Shown: positions 37,099 through 38,470 of the stretch, piece after piece
Layout: each line of letters opens with the position of its first letter
Numbering within the stretch: position 1 is the first letter of the stretch
The notes under the pieces: generated by a model
Told to the model about the DNA's origin: nothing
Database searches by the model: none
What the model saw: the letters and a program-made list of their open reading frames with translations, nothing else
Assembly (NCBI GenBank): GCA_033813635.1
Contig: JAPXRI010000027.1
Location: forward strand, 1-38,470
Origin: Bacillota bacterium
GTDB lineage: Bacteria > Bacillota > Clostridia > Oscillospirales > QAMX01
Direction of reading: 5' to 3'
Length of the DNA: 38,470 nucleotides
Made by a program: the position numbers and the translations under genes

Positions 37099-38026
37099 AT
37101 GCGAGAACCTGGTAAAAATCTATAAGACAAACCTTGTAGAGGTAATCGCGCTCCAGGGTCTGGACCTCACCGTGGAAGAGGGCGAGTTCATGGCCCTGAT
37201 AGGAAAGAGCGGGAGCGGGAAGTCCACGCTTTTGAATATCCTCGGCGGGCTTGACAGGCCGACCGCGGGGAGTCTGACGGTCAACGGCATCAACATGCTC
37301 CGGATTAAAAAGTCCGACCTAATAAAGTATAAGCGAAACACCGTCGGTTTCGTCTGGCAGAACAACGCGCGAAACCTGATTCCCTACTTAAGCGCGCTGG
37401 AGAACGTAATGCAGCCGATGATATTCTTCGGGGGCAAGAACAGGGAAAAGCGCGCAAAGGAGCTTCTGGAGATAGTCGGGCTGAAAAACCGAATGCATAA
37501 CAAGCTTATGCAGCTTTCCGGCGGCGAACAGCAGCGCGTCGCGATAGCAATCGCTATGGCCAACTCCCCGAAGCTGCTGCTGACCGACGAGCCCACCGGT
37601 GCCGTGGACACTAAGACGGCGGACATGATTTTCGACATTTTCAGGGAGCTAAACAAGACCTTCAACCAGACGATTATCGTCGTGACCCACGACATGAGGC
37701 TTTCGGCAAAGGTCGACAGGGTTGTGAACATCCGGGACGGCAAGACCAGCAGCGAGTTTATCAGAAACATAAGCTACGCCCGGGAGCTCGATTTGATGCA
37801 TAAGCAAAACGAGGAGCGGCTCTCTTCGCACTCGTCCACCCATACCGAGTGGATCATGCTGGACCGCGCCGGCAGGCTCCAGATCCCGCAGGAGTACGTC
37901 GACAAGCTGGAGATAAAAACCCCGGGCAGGATGCTCGCCGACTTGGACGGTGAGCGCATCATTCTGACGAAGGGGAACGGAGACGGCGGAAGCTCCGAGC
38001 CCGCCGCGGCGGCGAAACAAAATTAA
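37085..38026 (+). CDS. second ABC transporter ATP-binding protein with a ~90-aa C-terminal extension
   Basis: 'GKSGSGKSTLL', 'LSGGEQQRVAIAIAM', 'LLLTDEPTGAVD', 'VTHD'; overlaps the previous ATPase gene by 14 nt; extra C-terminal domain after the NBD core. Confidence 0.8.
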   Translation: MAMIECENLVKIYKTNLVEVIALQGLDLTVEEGEFMALIGKSGSGKSTLLNILGGLDRPTAGSLTVNGINMLRIKKSDLIKYKRNTVGFVWQNNARNLIPYLSALENVMQPMIFFGGKNREKRAKELLEIVGLKNRMHNKLMQLSGGEQQRVAIAIAMANSPKLLLTDEPTGAVDTKTADMIFDIFRELNKTFNQTIIVVTHDMRLSAKVDRVVNIRDGKTSSEFIRNISYARELDLMHKQNEERLSSHSSTHTEWIMLDRAGRLQIPQEYVDKLEIKTPGRMLADLDGERIILTKGNGDGGSSEPAAAAKQN

Positions 38027-38042
38027 GGACAGCATAAAAATA

Positions 38043-38072
38043 GACGGTTCCGGTGACATCGCGGGAACCGTC
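38043..38072 (+). terminator. possible weak terminator hairpin after the ABC operon
   Basis: GACGGTTCC, 12-nt loop, GGAACCGTC, but the 3' T-tract is poor. Confidence 0.3.
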
Positions 38073-38470
38073 ACTTTCCTGTGCGCTTGGGGCTTTTACC
38101 GAGTATTCGCGTCCACATAATACCGGGCTTGAGCGTACCACATCTCCGCGTATTTGCCGCCGGACTGCGCGACAAGCTCGGTGTGCGTGCCGTATTATAA
38201 GTCACATACGATAATAGTGCCGGAAATCGGAGAAAAAGTTCGCGCTCATTCACAATATAATGCATTATAAGCATAAAATGGTTTAATCTTTATGTCAAGA
38301 ATTACCGGTTGCCTTTAAAGGAGAGGGGCGGATAAAAAACCTTGCGCGTGAAATGTAGGATTGTCAAACATATTGGACAGTGAAGGAAGCGATAGCTTCA
38401 TTGGGAGAGCGCCAGTGAAGAGGACGCATCGGGAGATTGTTGGAACGATTTTGGTGGGCAGCTAGCTGCC

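Noticed and set aside
38280-38470. T-box or glycine-riboswitch identity for the terminal G/A-rich segment
   Set aside because: I could not find the conserved T-box sequence or the glycine-riboswitch ACCGAAGG core. It is kept only as a low-interest lead.
1-38470. CRISPR arrays, tRNA/rRNA genes, IS elements or integrases
   Set aside because: No spaced direct repeats, no tRNA T-arm or anticodon-arm motifs in intergenic regions, and no transposase or recombinase ORFs on either strand.

Overview
This looks like a chromosomal segment from a Gram-positive anaerobe, probably a Firmicutes/Clostridia-type genome. The evidence is moderately high GC, GGAGG-type ribosome-binding sites (RBS) and sigma-A promoters with extended -10 elements. 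The window opens with a LysR regulator divergent from a partial str operon (rpsL-rpsG-fusA-tuf) that ends in a strong intrinsic terminator. After that come: two glycoside-hydrolase-like genes flanking a membrane protein; an ECF sigma factor (frameshifted) with an anti-sigma factor and a tiny downstream ORF; a lipoprotein; and a minus-strand string (MBL-fold hydrolase, DUF3006, AI-2E transporter, nagB, NYN/OST-HTH protein). Further on there is a DnaD-like/DnaI-like replication pair, a heterodimeric ABC exporter operon with a histidine phosphatase, and then lplA. The window continues with a glycerol-1-phosphate-dehydrogenase-like protein plus a HAD-IIA phosphatase, and with DUF1836 and NfeD-flotillin (YuaF/FloT-like). 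It ends with a four-gene MFP plus double-FtsX-permease plus two-ATPase ABC export module behind a strong promoter and a long structured leader. I found no rRNA, tRNA, CRISPR, transposase or integrase. The accessory-looking parts with the most unexplained structure are the ECF module, the DnaD/DnaI pair and the terminal ABC module with its leader. All functional assignments are from reading motifs in the translations; no database search was possible.
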